This document shows, in pieces, positions 1 through 12,215 of a stretch of DNA of 64,000 nucleotides. Below the pieces are notes generated by a model, which was given only the letters and a program-made list of their open reading frames with translations, was not told where the DNA came from and did no database searches. The translations under genes were made by a program, and so were the position numbers. Each line of letters begins with the position of its first letter. Positions within the stretch are counted from its first letter, which is position 1. Origin of the DNA: Octopus sinensis (lineage: Eukaryota). The DNA lies in the NCBI RefSeq assembly GCF_006345805.1, contig NC_043013.1, positions 50,654,001-50,718,000 of the forward strand. The letters run 5' to 3'.

Positions 1-468
1 TAAAAACTAGATGAAAAAAAAATGTTAAATTTCACAAAAAAAAACACAGGAAATAAAAAAAGAAGTAACCCAGAATATTATGGAAGTGAATTAAAGTTTG
101 GACTTTCTCCTCTTAAGGAAAAAAAAATTCAAAAAAACAATATCTGAAAAAAAATTAACAAAAAAAAATCAAAAATAGCAGTTTGTACATCTATCATTTA
201 AAAGTGAATATAAATATGAAGAAAGGGGGAATAATGAAAAAAAAAAAAGAAAAAAATTTAAGAAAATAAAACACTCCCACATTTATAATAAAGAAAGAGA
301 AATAAAGATTAATTTTTGTGAGACAATAATGAGATTAACCATTGTAAATTGTCACAATGGAGTTTGTTAATGGAAAATTGTTAGTTTAGGAATCCAATGA
401 CCTTCACCTCCAAAAATGATTGCTTGCTGTCAACGGAACTTTAATAGGTGCCTGTGTACACAGACACA

Positions 469-506
<38 letters not shown>

Positions 507-570
507 TGTATATATATATATATATATATATACATGTGTTTGTGTGTGTATATATTTATATATATATAGA

Positions 571-985
571 CGCAGGAGTGGCTGTGTGGTAAGTAGCTTG
601 CTAACCAACCACATGGTTCTGGGTTCAGTCCCACTGCGTGGCATCTTGGGCAAGTGTCTTCTGCTATAGCCCCGGGCCGACCAATGCCTTGTGAGTGGAT
701 TTGGTAGACGGAAACTGAAAGAAGCCTGTCGTATATATGTATTTATATGTATGTATGCGTGTGTATGTGTTTGTGTGTCTGTGTTTGTCCCCTAGCATTG
801 CTTGACAACCGATGCTGGTGTGTTTATGTCCCCATCACTTAGCGGTTTGGCAAAAAGAGACCGATAGAATAAGTACTGGGCTTACAAAGAATAAATCTTG
901 GGGTCGATTTGCTCGACTAAAGGCAGTGCTCCAGCATGGCCGCAGTCAAATGACTTAAACAAGTAAAAGAAGAAAAGAAGAAGAA
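571..985 (+). mobile_element. SINE family A (tRNA-like head + CORE-like segment + internal (TA/TG)n + Meta-like segment + AAGAG tail)
   Basis: A-box-like GGCTGTGTGGTAAG, B-box-like GGGTTCAGTCCC, GTGGCATCTTGGGCAAGTG, internal microsatellite, 3' half ending CAAGTAAAAGAAG. About 18 similar copies in the window. Confidence 0.85.
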
Positions 986-1155
986 TATATATTCTTGGTG
1001 GTTATGGTGGTCTGGTCATGGTGATGATGATTATGATAGTGGTGGCGGTGGTGGTGGTAGTTCTTCTGGTGACGATGGTGGTGGTTGTGATGATGATCAT
1101 CATCACCATTCTCATCATTGAGGTCATTCTCATCATTATCATTATTGTTGTATGA

Positions 1156-1355
1156 AGCAGTGAGCTGGCAGAATTGTTAGCACGGTGGGCGAAATGCTTA
1201 GTGGAATTTTGCCCATCGCTATGTTCTGAGTTTGAATTCCACCTAGGTCGATTTTGCTTTTCATCCTTTTGGGGTTGATAAATTAAGTACCAGTGAAACA
1301 CTGGGGTCGATATAATCGACCAGTCCTGTCCCTCCAAATTTTAGGCCTTGTGTCT
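1156..1355 (+). mobile_element. SINE family B (tRNA-like head + Meta-like core)
   Basis: GTGAGCTGGCAGAA head, GAGTTTGAATTCC B-box, TTTCATCCTTTTGGGGTTGATAAATTAAGTACCAG core. Many copies in the window. Confidence 0.75.
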
Positions 1356-1768
1356 TTACTCTTTTACTTCTTTCAGTCATTTGACTGTGGCCATGCTGGA
1401 GCACAGCCTTTAGTCGAGCAAATTGACCTCAGGACTTATTCTTTGTAAGCCTAGTACTTATTATATTGGTCTCTTTTGTCAAACCGCTAAGTTACGGGGA
1501 TGTAAACACACCAGTATCAGTTGTCAAGTGATGTTGGGGGGGACAAACATATACATACACACATACATATATATGTATATATATATATATATATTATATA
1601 TATACGACAGGCTTCTTTCAGTTTCCATCTACCAAATCCACTCACAAGGCTTTGGTCGGCCCAAGGCTATAGTAGAAGGCACTTGCCCAAGGTGCCAAAC
1701 AGTAGGACTGAACCCAGTACCATGTGATTGGTAAGCAAGCTACTTACCACACATCCACTCTTACGCCT
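1356..1768 (-). mobile_element. SINE family A
   Basis: Reverse-complement match to 571-985. Confidence 0.85.
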
Positions 1769-1795
1769 TTAGCAGAAAGAAATATTATTATTATC

Positions 1796-2166
1796 ATTTT
1801 ATGTTTGACTTTTGCTTTACATCTGTACAAGTTGGCTCCAAGTCTCATCCAGAGACCTCAAGCGACAACAAGTTAGAAGTTCATGCTAGTGTTATGCCTA
1901 GGGTGCCATATATTTGGTTTTGTACATAGTGTTGTTCTAGAGAATGTTTTAGAAACCATAAGAAAATTATGTGTTTGTTTTAAAATTTGAGATTACATAG
2001 AAAGTATTTTGCATAGGACATAGGCAGTTCCCATGAGCACTATCTTTTGAATTTCTGCCATTTTGGAGTTTCCTGGTATCTGAGCTATGTAGCAATCAGT
2101 CCCTTTTACTATCATTCCTAGGGCACCTTTGACAACAGGTATTGTTTTAGTCATCCGGTTCCACAT
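1796..2166 (-). mobile_element. 3' fragment of an R4/Dong-like non-LTR retrotransposon
   Basis: ORF 1993..2211 encodes IPVVKGALG...IPG...EIQKIVLMGTAYVLCKILS*, the typical C-terminus of restriction-like-endonuclease LINEs. It is followed by a 3' UTR, with (TAA)n on both sides. Confidence 0.7.
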
Positions 2167-2315
2167 TATTATTATTATTATTATTATTAGATAGTGAGCT
2201 GGCAGAATCATTTAAAACATCTATATCAGACAATGCTTCATGCAAACTATACTCTTCTACTGTGTGTGTGTGTGTATACATATACATACACACATATAGA
2301 TGTATATATATATAT

Positions 2316-2349
<34 letters not shown>

Positions 2350-2544
2350 GAACAACAACAAATATATGATATAAAGCATTTCATTTTCTAAGTTATAAAT
2401 AGGTTAGATAAAGTGCAAAACTAATTAGTTTAAAGTATAAAGTTCAATCCAAGGTTTTGTGTTTTTAAGTTCAAATCATACCAAAAACAACCTTTTCTGC
2501 TACCATACATGCTTAATTAAATGTATTGTTCACTGAGCATATTC

Positions 2545-2708
2545 TATGTATATATATATACATACATATATATATATATATATGTGTGTGTGTGTATGTG
2601 TGTGTGTGTATGTGTATGTGTGTATATATATGTGTATATATATATGTCTATATATGTATGTATATATATATGTATATATATATATGTATGTATATATGTA
2701 TATATATG

Positions 2709-2740
<32 letters not shown>

Positions 2741-2845
2741 TAAGTATGTATATACATGTATGTATTTATATATATATATGTATGTACATATATGTATGTA
2801 TATATATATATATGTATGTGTGTATTATTTATATATATATATAAT
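2545..2845. repeat. (TA)/(TG)/(TATG) mosaic microsatellite
   Basis: Directly visible. Confidence 0.95.
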
Positions 2846-3118
2846 ACACATCCATTTAAGGTTGGATCAACTAAAAAGTACTTTCTCCACCGAGAGATAA
2901 ATATAATTTAATGTACATGGAATCAAAATAAAATCTACAAATAGTTTCTTGCCATTGAGACATGCGGTTAGGCAGATTTATATAATGTCCAATCAATTTC
3001 AAGCTCTGAGCACATCCTGAATGTTTCTTGGAGGCACAAGATACATTATGTAAATCTGCCCAACCGCATGTCTCAATGGCAGGAAACTATTAGTAGCTCT
3101 TATTTTAATACAATGTAC

Positions 3119-3286
3119 AGGCATGGCCGTGTGGTAAGAAGCTTGCTTCCCAACTGAATGCTTCCGGGTTCAGTCTCTCTGTGTAGCAACTTAGGCAAGT
3201 GTCTTCTAGTACAGCTTTGGGCTGACCAAAGCCCTGTGAGTGGAATTTGTCAGCAGAAACTGAAAGAAGCTTGTCTTATATATATA

Positions 3287-3327
<41 letters not shown>

Positions 3328-3570
3328 GTATATATCTGTGTGTGTGTGTATCTTTGTGTCTGTGTTTGTTCACTCATCACCACTTGACAACCAGTGTTGG
3401 TGTGTTTATATCATTGTAACTTAGTGGTTCAGCAAATGAGACTCATAGAATAAGTAATAGACTTAAAAGATAAGTCCTGAGGTCAAGTTGTTTCGACTAA
3501 AACTCCTCAAGGCAATGCTCCGGTATGGCCACAGTCAAATGACAGAAACAAGTAAAAGAATAAAAGAGTA
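3119..3570 (+). mobile_element. SINE family A (diverged)
   Basis: Same head, internal (CA/TA)n and 3' half as 571-985. Confidence 0.8.
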
Positions 3571-3595
3571 TATATGTGTGTGTGTGTGCGTGTGT

Positions 3596-3725
3596 ATCAA
3601 AAGCAGTTTGACTAAATTCGTTGGTACTCTTCGGTTTCAAGCATGATGCTAGTCGTTATGGTTGATGACTAGCATCACACTTGAAACTCAAGAGTACCAA
3701 CGAATTTGAGTCAAACTGTTTTGAT
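3596..3725. repeat. Fold-back palindrome, PLE-like
   Basis: About 59-nt arms (3596-3654 and 3667-3725), followed by an AATAAA-containing tail. Confidence 0.8.
3653..3703 (+). ncRNA. Degenerate type I hammerhead ribozyme motif
   Basis: Stem I UCGUU(AU)GG/CCAACGA, core UUGAUGA (C3U), poorly paired stem II, GAAA, stem III CUC-AA-GAG, GUA site. Confidence 0.5.
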
Positions 3726-3810
3726 CCACACATGTAACTCTCAATAAATTGGCTGAATACCCTTCTTTCATTTGTCCACTTACTCATATATATATATATA
3801 TATCGCGGGG

Positions 3811-4419
3811 TTCCACTATTCCCTTCTCTCTCTCTCTCTCCCTCTTTTACGTTGTCTGCACTCCCCCCTCTTCCTTTCCCCCCTTCCATTGCTAAGAGCA
3901 TTTTTAAGCCAGCCCGTCAAGTTCAACCTTCGCATATTCGCCGTGTCAGGCCGAAAAACGAAATGTTCCCAAGATAAGAAAATCTTTCTAATCTAATTCA
4001 TCCCGTAATCTGTACCAGTAATATTCTCAGGCAAATTTGTCTGATCTCTAGTGGTTAAGTTGTTTATTATTATTAGTATTAGTATTATCCCTTTGACCCC
4101 CAGTCGACAATTTGTTTATTAGTATTATTATTATTATTTTCAGTTTCACCTCGTATTGCATATTCTGTATAATTTATTAGTTATTGTTGACCATCGGTTT
4201 CTGGCTTCGTGTCTCGCTAAATACAGAATAGATATTTATATTTAAGTTTCTCCATACAGGGGTTTTTTCAATGGTGGCCGATTTTCACGGGATTCCACTA
4301 TTCCCTTCTCTCTCTCTCTCCCTCTTTTACGTTGTCTGCACTCCCCCCTCTTCCTTTCCCCCCTTCCATTGCTAAGAGCATTTTTAAGCCAGCCCGTCAA
4401 GTTCAACCTTCGCATATTC
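3811..4419. repeat. Pair of ~128-bp near-identical direct repeats (3811-3939, 4293-4419)
   Basis: Identical except for one CT unit. Origin unclassified. Confidence 0.9.
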
Positions 4420-4679
4420 CCGGTGCACCTGCCCTTGCCCACCCCCACCACCAATACCGGATATCTCTATATTTTTATTCCATTTATACCGGATGTCGCT
4501 TCTCCCACCACCATTATAGGTGTCTACTCTTCGAACCCCCCTCTTCAATACGCTATTTCACCATGCATTACCCCTCTCGTGATATCCTACGTTCTACTTG
4601 TCTAGAACCTGTCATCGTTTCTCCGAACACCCTCCCCACTGGTGCTCCCCTATATTTCTGCACCCTCCCCCCCACATAA

Positions 4680-4983
4680 AAAGCACCATCCGACCGTGGC
4701 CGATGCCAGCACCGCCCCGACTGGCTTCTGTGCAGGTGGCACATAAAAAGCACCAACTGACCGTGGCCGATGCCAGACCCCTCTGGCACCTGTGCAGGTG
4801 GCACGTAAAAAGCACCCACTACACTCGCGGAGTGGTTGGCGTTAGGAAGGGCATCCAGCTGTAGAAACACTGCCAGACCAGACTGGAGCCTGGGGCAGCC
4901 CCTGGCTCCCCAGATCCCGGTCGAAACCGTCCAACCCGTGCTAGTGCGGAAAACGGACGTTAAACGATGATGATGATGATGAT

Positions 4984-4985
<2 letters not shown>
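4680..4985 (+). mobile_element. RTE 3'-UTR/tail fragment
   Basis: GGTGGCACGTAAAAAGCACC subrepeats, GTTGGCGTTAGGAAGGGCATCCAGCTGTAGAAA and (GAT)n tail, as in 20100-20443. Confidence 0.85.
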
Positions 4986-5015
<30 letters not shown>

Positions 5016-5019
5016 GTAT

Positions 5020-5765
5020 ATCATCATCTTCATCATCATCGTTTAACATCTGTTTTCCATGCTGGCATGGGTTGGACGGTTCAACTGGGGTCTGGAAATC
5101 CAGGAGGTTGCACTAGACTCCAGTCTGATCTGGCAATGTTTCCACATCTGGATGCCCTTCCTAACGCCAACCATTCCGAGAGTGAAGTTGGTGCTCTTTA
5201 CATGCCACCGGCACAGGGCCCAGAGGGGCTTGGCATCAACCACGACTGGATGATGCTTTTTATATGCCACCAGCATGGGAGCCAGTTGTGGTAAGGGGGC
5301 TGGCATCGACCTCATTCGGATGGTGTTTTTTACGGCATGGGGACCACAACTACAAGTTCCATTTGATTGTGATTTTGAGTTGGCTGGTTATGCGCCTCTG
5401 GTATAGGTTACAGCTATGATCTCACTTTATTTTCTGGGTCTTCTCAGTCACAGCATAACTCCAGAGGTCTCTGTCTTTCGTCATTTCCTTTGTGAAGCCC
5501 AATGTTCGAAGGTCATGATTCACCACCTCATCCCATGTCTTCCTGGGTCTCCCTCTACCCCGGATTCCTTCCACTGTTTGGGAGTGGCACTTCTTCACAC
5601 AGTTCTCCTTATCCATTTGTAGTACATGACCATACCAATGCAAACATCTCTCTTGCATGTCACATCCAATGCTTTTTATGTCCAACATTTCTCTCGGGGT
5701 GCTTACCCTCTGTCGTGTGTGCACACTGACATTACACATCCAGCGGTTCATGCTAGCTTCATTTC
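5020..5765 (-). mobile_element. 5'-truncated RTE LINE
   Basis: ORF 5422..5826 (RNEASM.RWMCN...WYGHV...GRGRPRKTWDEVV.HDLRTLG) matches the C-terminus of the 19151..19828 ORF. 3' UTR and (GAT)n tail present. Confidence 0.9.
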
Positions 5766-5946
5766 TTTTGAACGCATATATAGGTGCAGGAGTGGGTCTG
5801 TGGTAAGTAGCTTCCTTACCAACCACTTGGTTCCGGGTTCATTCCCACTGTGTGGCACCTTGGGCAAGTGTCTTCTACTATAGCCTCAGGCCTTCCAAAG
5901 CCTCGTCAGTGGATTTGGTAGATGGAAACTGAAAGAAGCCGTCGTA

Positions 5947-6047
<101 letters not shown>

Positions 6048-6232
6048 GAGAAAGAAGCAACAAGAATGGATTGGTTTTTAGTACAATTGTTTCATACAAA
6101 GACAGGCTTTATTACAAGTTGCAAAAATTGCAGCAGATAAAAGTGTCCCGTACTCATCAGCTAAAATACATTTGAGTTCTCTAGACATCTTAGTGGGTGA
6201 GGTTATACTCATGAAATATTGGAGATAGTTCC
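6048..6232 (-). mobile_element. PLE-like fragment carrying a hammerhead ribozyme
   Basis: 185-bp non-microsatellite insert between (TA)n runs, containing the motif at 6076-6166. PLE assignment is inferred from the ribozyme type. Confidence 0.55.
6076..6166 (-). ncRNA. Type I hammerhead ribozyme with extended stem II
   Basis: Minus strand: UUUUAG-CUGAUGA-GUACGGGACA...UGUCUUUGUAU-GAAA-C-AAUU-G-UA/CUAAAA. 6-bp stem I, intact core, G10.1-U11.1 wobble, palindromic ACAAUUGU stem III. Confidence 0.75.
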
Positions 6233-6264
<32 letters not shown>

Positions 6265-7244
6265 TTATGTGTTTGTGTTTGTCCACCCAACATCACTTGA
6301 CAACCGATGGTAGTGTGTTTATGTCCCTGCAACTTAGCAGTTCAGCAAAAGAGACCAAAAGAATAAGTACTAGGCTTACAAAGAATAAGTCCTGAGGTCG
6401 ATTTGCTTGACTAAAGGCAGTGCTTCAGCATGGCCACAGTCTAATGACTGAAACAAGTAAAAAAGTAAAGAGTATATGTATATTTATACATTTATTTATT
6501 TATCAAGAGTTACCAAAGTGGACTTAGTTTTGTTGTAGCTGCTGTCAGTTGTAGGTGCCACAGTACAGTTCTTAGTACTACTCCACAGAACCTTTCTCGG
6601 CAAACTAATTATAGTAATGAATTATTATAAAGTGGAAAACTAAATCTTAGGAAAAAAAAAAAAAATTAAAGCAATTTGTGCTACACTTCTTATCCATTTT
6701 TCTTCTCCTGATATGTCAGAATAGAATTTTCCATTATATGTAACCTTTAAGAAGGAATATTAAATAGATGTTTAAAATATATCTTTATTTTTGAAGATTC
6801 TTCTCTTATTTTATTGGTTTAAAATGTTTTATTTTAAGATAGTAAGCACAGGTTAAGAATTATATTTTAGGACTGATAATGTCAACATCACAATTTTGAA
6901 GCAAAAAAAAAATTCTTTTATTTGGAAAATAAATTTAGAAAAAGATAAAAGAAAATAAAATGAAACTGTCTCATAGTTTTGATATTTGCTAAAATATGAC
7001 GAGTGTTGATCTTAGTTGCACTGATAGGGTATCAATTTATTGAACATAGTGTAACCAGTATGTAACAAAAGTGTATGATCTTCCTAACAAAAGTGTTTGA
7101 CCTATATCAGCTCAGTCTACTCAGCTGTAAGTAGATACCATAAAGTAGTTTTATATTGTCAACAATAACAATAACTCTGTATAACTGATGATTATTTTTC
7201 ATTGAGTTTGCTGTGATTCTGTGATTCTATGGAATTTATCTGTA

Positions 7245-7670
7245 ACTGTGGTTGGTGCTAGGAAGTGTATGTAGCCATAGAAACCATCCCAATGATGACA
7301 TTTGAGCAGTGGTTCCCAAAGTAAGCAGTATTGATCCCCTGGGGGAGGTGGAAAGTTCGAAGGGGGCATTGAAAAAAAATGGGGTATTGGGGTAGCGATT
7401 CATGTAAAACAACAAAATAATGGGTTGATTGGGTTAAGTTTTATTTGCGAAATACAGTTGTTTTGAATTTGCTTCAGAAAGCGGTCTGTGTTTGTGATGG
7501 TTAGTTGGGGTGGGGGGCACTAGGAATGTGACCTGGGTGTCAAGGGGGCAGGGGCCCAAAAATGTTTGGGAACTACTGCATTAGAGCTTGACACAGTCCT
7601 CTGGCTTTCCAGCTCCTGTCAACCCATCCAACCTAATCCAACATAGAAAACCGATGTTAAAAGGTGATGA
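7245..7670 (+). mobile_element. Degenerate RTE tail split by a hAT MITE
   Basis: GTGGTTGGTGCTAGGAAG... before 7307 and ...CCAACC...GATGTTAAAAGGTGATGATG after 7578. Confidence 0.6.
7307..7578. mobile_element. hAT (Charlie-like) MITE
   Basis: TIRs CAGTGGTTCCCAAA / TTTGGGAACTACTG. 8-bp TSD CATTTGAG / CATTAGAG. Confidence 0.85.
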
Positions 7671-7825
7671 TGGTTTTGCCAACCCCTGGCCAAAACATAC
7701 CATCAAATAAAACTGAGGACCAAATGAAGCTGATGCAGGGACAGAGTTTCCTGGTACAACTCACAAAGCTGCTCCAGGAAGGGCAACAGACTGTAAATGA
7801 ATATGTCATTAAAATGTATTTATCT

Positions 7826-8015
7826 AGGCACAGGAGTGGCTGTGTGGTTGAGAAGCTTCAACCACACAACCACTCTTGAGCCTAGATAAATATATGGTTC
7901 CGGGTTCAGTCCCACTGCATGGCACTTTGGGCAAGTGTCTCCTGCTATAGCCTGGGGCTGACCAAAGCCTTGTGAGTGGATTTGGTAGACGGAAACTGAA
8001 AGAAGCCCGTCGTAT

Positions 8016-8047
<32 letters not shown>

Positions 8048-8222
8048 ATGATATGCTTGTGTTTGTCTCCCCCACCATTGCTTGACAACCAATGTTGGTG
8101 TGTTTATATCACTGAAACTTAGCAGTTCGGCAAAAGAGACTGATAGGATAAGTACTACGCTTACAATTTGTTCAACTAAAAGCAGTGCTGCAATCAAATG
8201 ACTGAAACATGTAAAAAATAAA
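7826..8222 (+). mobile_element. SINE family A with a fold-back-rearranged head
   Basis: Family A body. Head inverted-duplicated at 7818-7891. Confidence 0.8.
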
Positions 8223-8759
8223 AAGTGTAACCCATGCTAGCATGAAAAATCAGATGTAAAAACAAACAATTCTGATTGCTTGCAGATAATATAATATTTC
8301 TCCCATCACACTTTACATTCTGGGTTCAAATTCCCCCTAGTGGCGTCCTTGGCAGATTCATTTGTATACATACTTTAACTTTCCTTTGCAGCACTTGTTT
8401 GCTGACCTATATTGGATCTTTTGCATTGAAGCATGGTTGAAAATTATCAGTTTATGCTATAGAAAAAGTCCTAAGGAAAAATCAGTGAATGTGTAGTACC
8501 CAAAAATAGTAAAATGTAGTTGGCAAAAATGTTAATCAAACAGACCGAATTAAAGTTTTTTTTATTTTGGGTAAGAGTTTTGAAGTGGCCAGTTTTAGTT
8601 GGAATAATTATATGAAAAAGAGCGCTCATGTGAAAACAGAGGCAAATTGTAACTCGCAAATAAATACTGCTGGCAGTACTGTGCAAGCAGTCGATATGAG
8701 CTTGCCACAGCTGACAAAGTAAAGTATTGATTTTTTCCAGCTGGGTGTGTGTCACGTTT

Positions 8760-8971
8760 TTTTGTGGCTCAAGCCAAATCCTAGGCGAATTGAGAGTAGT
8801 CGATTTATGTTGGGGACATGGAATTTTGAGGAAAAAATTATAAGAAAAAGCATTCTAAGTCAGAGAGCACACGTCAAATTTGGTGAAATTCAGTTGAAAA
8901 TTGTAGAAGTAGAAGTGGTTCACATAACACACAGACAGACAGACAGACAACTTACATTTTAATATATAAGA
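8760..8971 (-). mobile_element. 5' end of a non-autonomous Helitron
   Basis: Minus strand starts A|TCTTATATATTAAAATGTAAGTTGTCTGTCTG, like the 5' ends at 10937 and 62895. The 3' end is not securely located. Confidence 0.5.
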
Positions 8972-9194
8972 TACATATTTATTACCTTCTGTGCGATGAT
9001 ATATGCATTCCTTTTACATGAGCAAATATATGGAAGTATGGTGTTATATAAAATTGTTGACTCGAATTCGATGTTTGTTTTTTAATCAGTGTTTTTCTTT
9101 TTTTATCTGTCTCAGTTTCATTTGAGCACTTCTTTTTTGCAGTCCTATAAACCCTTTTGTCTCCATAAAAAGAAGCAAAAACTATTTCTTGTTT

Positions 9195-9244
<50 letters not shown>

Positions 9245-9347
9245 TATCATTAATAGTTAGGGAATATAATAATTCCAAGCCAACAGGGAAAAAATTCAAT
9301 TTAGCACACTAAATCAAAAATTCACAATATATTTTTTATATATATAT

Positions 9348-9543
9348 AGAATTTAGAGACAAACCGCTATATTATCGATTTATATATTTAGTCATGAAAC
9401 GTGCGTAGTCTATATAATGTTTGATTTGTTTTGTGATTTTAAAAATAATAATTATACTATATTTAATTAATTTGTATGAGGTTATTATAGATAATATCGT
9501 TTCAGTATTGATTGAATAACTAAATGGCTGTTTGTCTCTAAAT

Positions 9544-9546
<3 letters not shown>
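9348..9546. repeat. ~200-bp element with 17-bp terminal inverted repeats
   Basis: AGAATTTAGAGACAAAC / GTTTGTCTCTAAATTCT, between microsatellites. Confidence 0.65.
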
Positions 9547-9593
<47 letters not shown>

Positions 9594-9600
<7 letters not shown>

Positions 9601-10523
9601 TCATCATCATCATCATTGTTTAGCATCCGCTTTCCATGCTAGCATGTGTTGGACGGTTCGACTGGGGTCTGGGAAGCCAGAAGGCTGCACCAGGCTCCGG
9701 TCTGATCTGGCAGTGTTTCTACAGCTGGATACCCTTCCTAACGCCAACCACTCCGTGAGTGTAGTGGGTGCTTTTTACGTGCCACCTGCACAGGTGCCAG
9801 GCGAGGCTGGCAATGGCCACGATCGGATTGGTGCATTTTACGTGCATGGAAGCCAGTCAAGGGGGCACTGGCAATCGGCCACGATTCGGATGGTGCTTTT
9901 TACGTGCCACCGGCTCAGGGATCACAACTGCAGTTTCCATTGATTTTGATGTCGGTGTACTTGACTCAATGGATCTCCTCAAGCACTGGGTCGAAATGGT
10001 GTTTCTTCACTTGCCACCTGCACAGGAGTCAGTCCAGCGGTCCTTGCAACTGCCGGGTGCCAGTCATAGGATTGGTTCAATTTCGATTCCAATTTCGATT
10101 GCCTCAACAGGTCTTCACAAGCAGAATTTAGTGTCCAATGAAGGGAGGTTGGCATGGGTGCCTGTTGTTGGATGAGGTTCGATTTTGACTTCGCTTGCCT
10201 CAACAGGTCTTTGTGTGTCCAAGGGAGGAAAGACATGCTTAAGTGGGCTGGACTCACTTGTCCTGCCGGGTCTTCTCACGCACAACATATTTCCAAAGGT
10301 CTCGGTCGCTGGTCATTGCCTCGGTGAGGCCTAAAGTTCGAAGGTCGTGCTTCACCACCTCGTCCCAGGTTTTCCTGGGTCTACCTCTTCCACGGGTTCC
10401 CTCAACTGCTAGGGATTGGCACTTTTTCACATACCTATCTTCATCCATTCTCGCCACATGACCATACCAGCGCAATCGTCTCTCTTGCACACCACAGCTG
10501 ATGCTTCTTAGGTCCAACATTTC
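9594..10523 (-). mobile_element. 5'-truncated RTE LINE (young)
   Basis: ORF 10254..10520 is nearly identical to the last 88 aa of 19151..19828. 3' UTR with subrepeats and (GAT)n tail. Confidence 0.92.
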
Positions 10524-10536
10524 ATATATATATATA

Positions 10537-10937
10537 CTAGCAGTATCGCCTGGCGTTGCTCGGGTTTGTAAGGGAAATAACTATATAAGCATTTTTAGAG
10601 AGTTATAGCCAAAAAATAGCAAAAAAATGCATTAAAAATGGAAAAAAAATTATGGTAAATTTTTTTTTAAATCGTTGACTCATCATAGACATTTTTAGAG
10701 AGTTACTTCCCTTATATAATAGCGAAAAAATGCATTAAAATGGAAAAAAATTATGGTAAATTTTTTTTTAAATCGTAGAATCATCGTAGACGCGCGCTAA
10801 TACCTAGAAGGGCTCGATATGAATCACGACTATAAGATACCCGGTTTTAGTTAAACTGCACTGCAAAATGTGGGAGTAGTTAGGAATCTAAATCGTAGGA
10901 GACAGGCACACAACTTCACTTTTATATATAAAGAAGA
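10537..10937 (-). mobile_element. Non-autonomous Helitron
   Basis: Minus strand A|TC...CCCGAGCAACGCCAGGCGATACTG-CTAG|T (subterminal hairpin, inserted between A and T, no TSD). Internal ~88-bp duplication. Confidence 0.85.
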
Positions 10938-11599
10938 TATATATATAATGGGTTGCTGTATAATATCCATCTATCAAATCTGTTCTCTAGGCATTGGTCA
11001 GTCTGGGATGACAGGAGAAAAAACAGTCCCCGAAGGTGCAGTGCAATGGGACTGAACTCAGCATCACCTGGTCGAAAAGCAACCTTCTTAACCACACGCC
11101 CATACCTTCAGTAATAAATAAATGAACATGACATCTGAATAATATGAGTCTAGAAGTGAGAAATTGTAACCCTCATCTTTTACTGATTGCTCCAGCTGGG
11201 GATGAACAATGAGCCATTAAACTTGACATAAACCCCAGCTCTGATACGAAATTATAGAGATGTGACATTTTAATTCCCTTTGAAAGGGTGAAATTAGGGA
11301 ATATTTTTGGGGTCTGATGTTTATCTGCCTGCTATATTTTTTGGTTTGTGTGTTTGTTTTTGTGAGATAGAAGACATGGCTGTTTTGTGGATGGCCGGGT
11401 GGTGGGTGATGGTGGTAATTGTGGGTGGGATGGATATTCTAAATTGTATCCCCACCCCGACCCCTTGCATAGTTATACCCTCCACCTCTGTTCTGTTGTA
11501 TTTGTGTCTAGACCCAAATGTTTGTTCTCCCGATTTTGGTTTAACAAGATTTAATCACTCTAACAGGAAGTATTTAATATTGAGTGAACAAATAGTTAC

Positions 11600-11606
11600 A
11601 CACACA

Positions 11607-11663
<57 letters not shown>

Positions 11664-11731
11664 TACACATACAGACATGAATGTATGTACATCTCTATGT
11701 ATATAATATACATAATACAGTCCTCATATAT

Positions 11732-11773
<42 letters not shown>

Positions 11774-12215
11774 CATACATATATATGTGTGTGTATATAT
11801 ATATATATATGGTATTGTTAATATTACCGGTTGTACGAAAAGAATAGGATATATATTTATTATTTAAAGATATTGTATGTTTTTTAATATTTGTTTTTAA
11901 TTATTCTATGTCTATATATACTATATATATGAATATATATATATATATATGAGTGTATGTGCATGTATATATATATGTGTGTATGTATGTATATATATAT
12001 ATATATGCATATATACATATATTTATGGATATATATATATATATATGTATATATGGATATATACATATATATATATGTATATATGGATATATACATATAT
12101 CTATGGATATATATATATATATCTATGGATATATATATATATATGTAAATGTATATATATATGTATATATATATATATATATAATATATATATATCTATG
12201 CATGTATGTATATAA
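11600..12215. repeat. (CA)n/(TA)n mosaic with TATGGATATATA subunits
   Basis: Directly visible. Confidence 0.95.

Noticed and set aside
571-660. tRNA genes at SINE heads
   Set aside because: They have A/B-box-like motifs only, no complete cloverleaf, and are always followed by SINE bodies.
6530-6615. Short GC-richer patch with possible splice sites on both strands
   Set aside because: Several frames and both strands are equally plausible, there is no recognisable motif, and it cannot be supported without expression data.
8337-8360. CTAG as the 3' end of the Helitron whose 5' end is at 8971
   Set aside because: There is no convincing subterminal hairpin, and the flanking base does not fit an A|T target.
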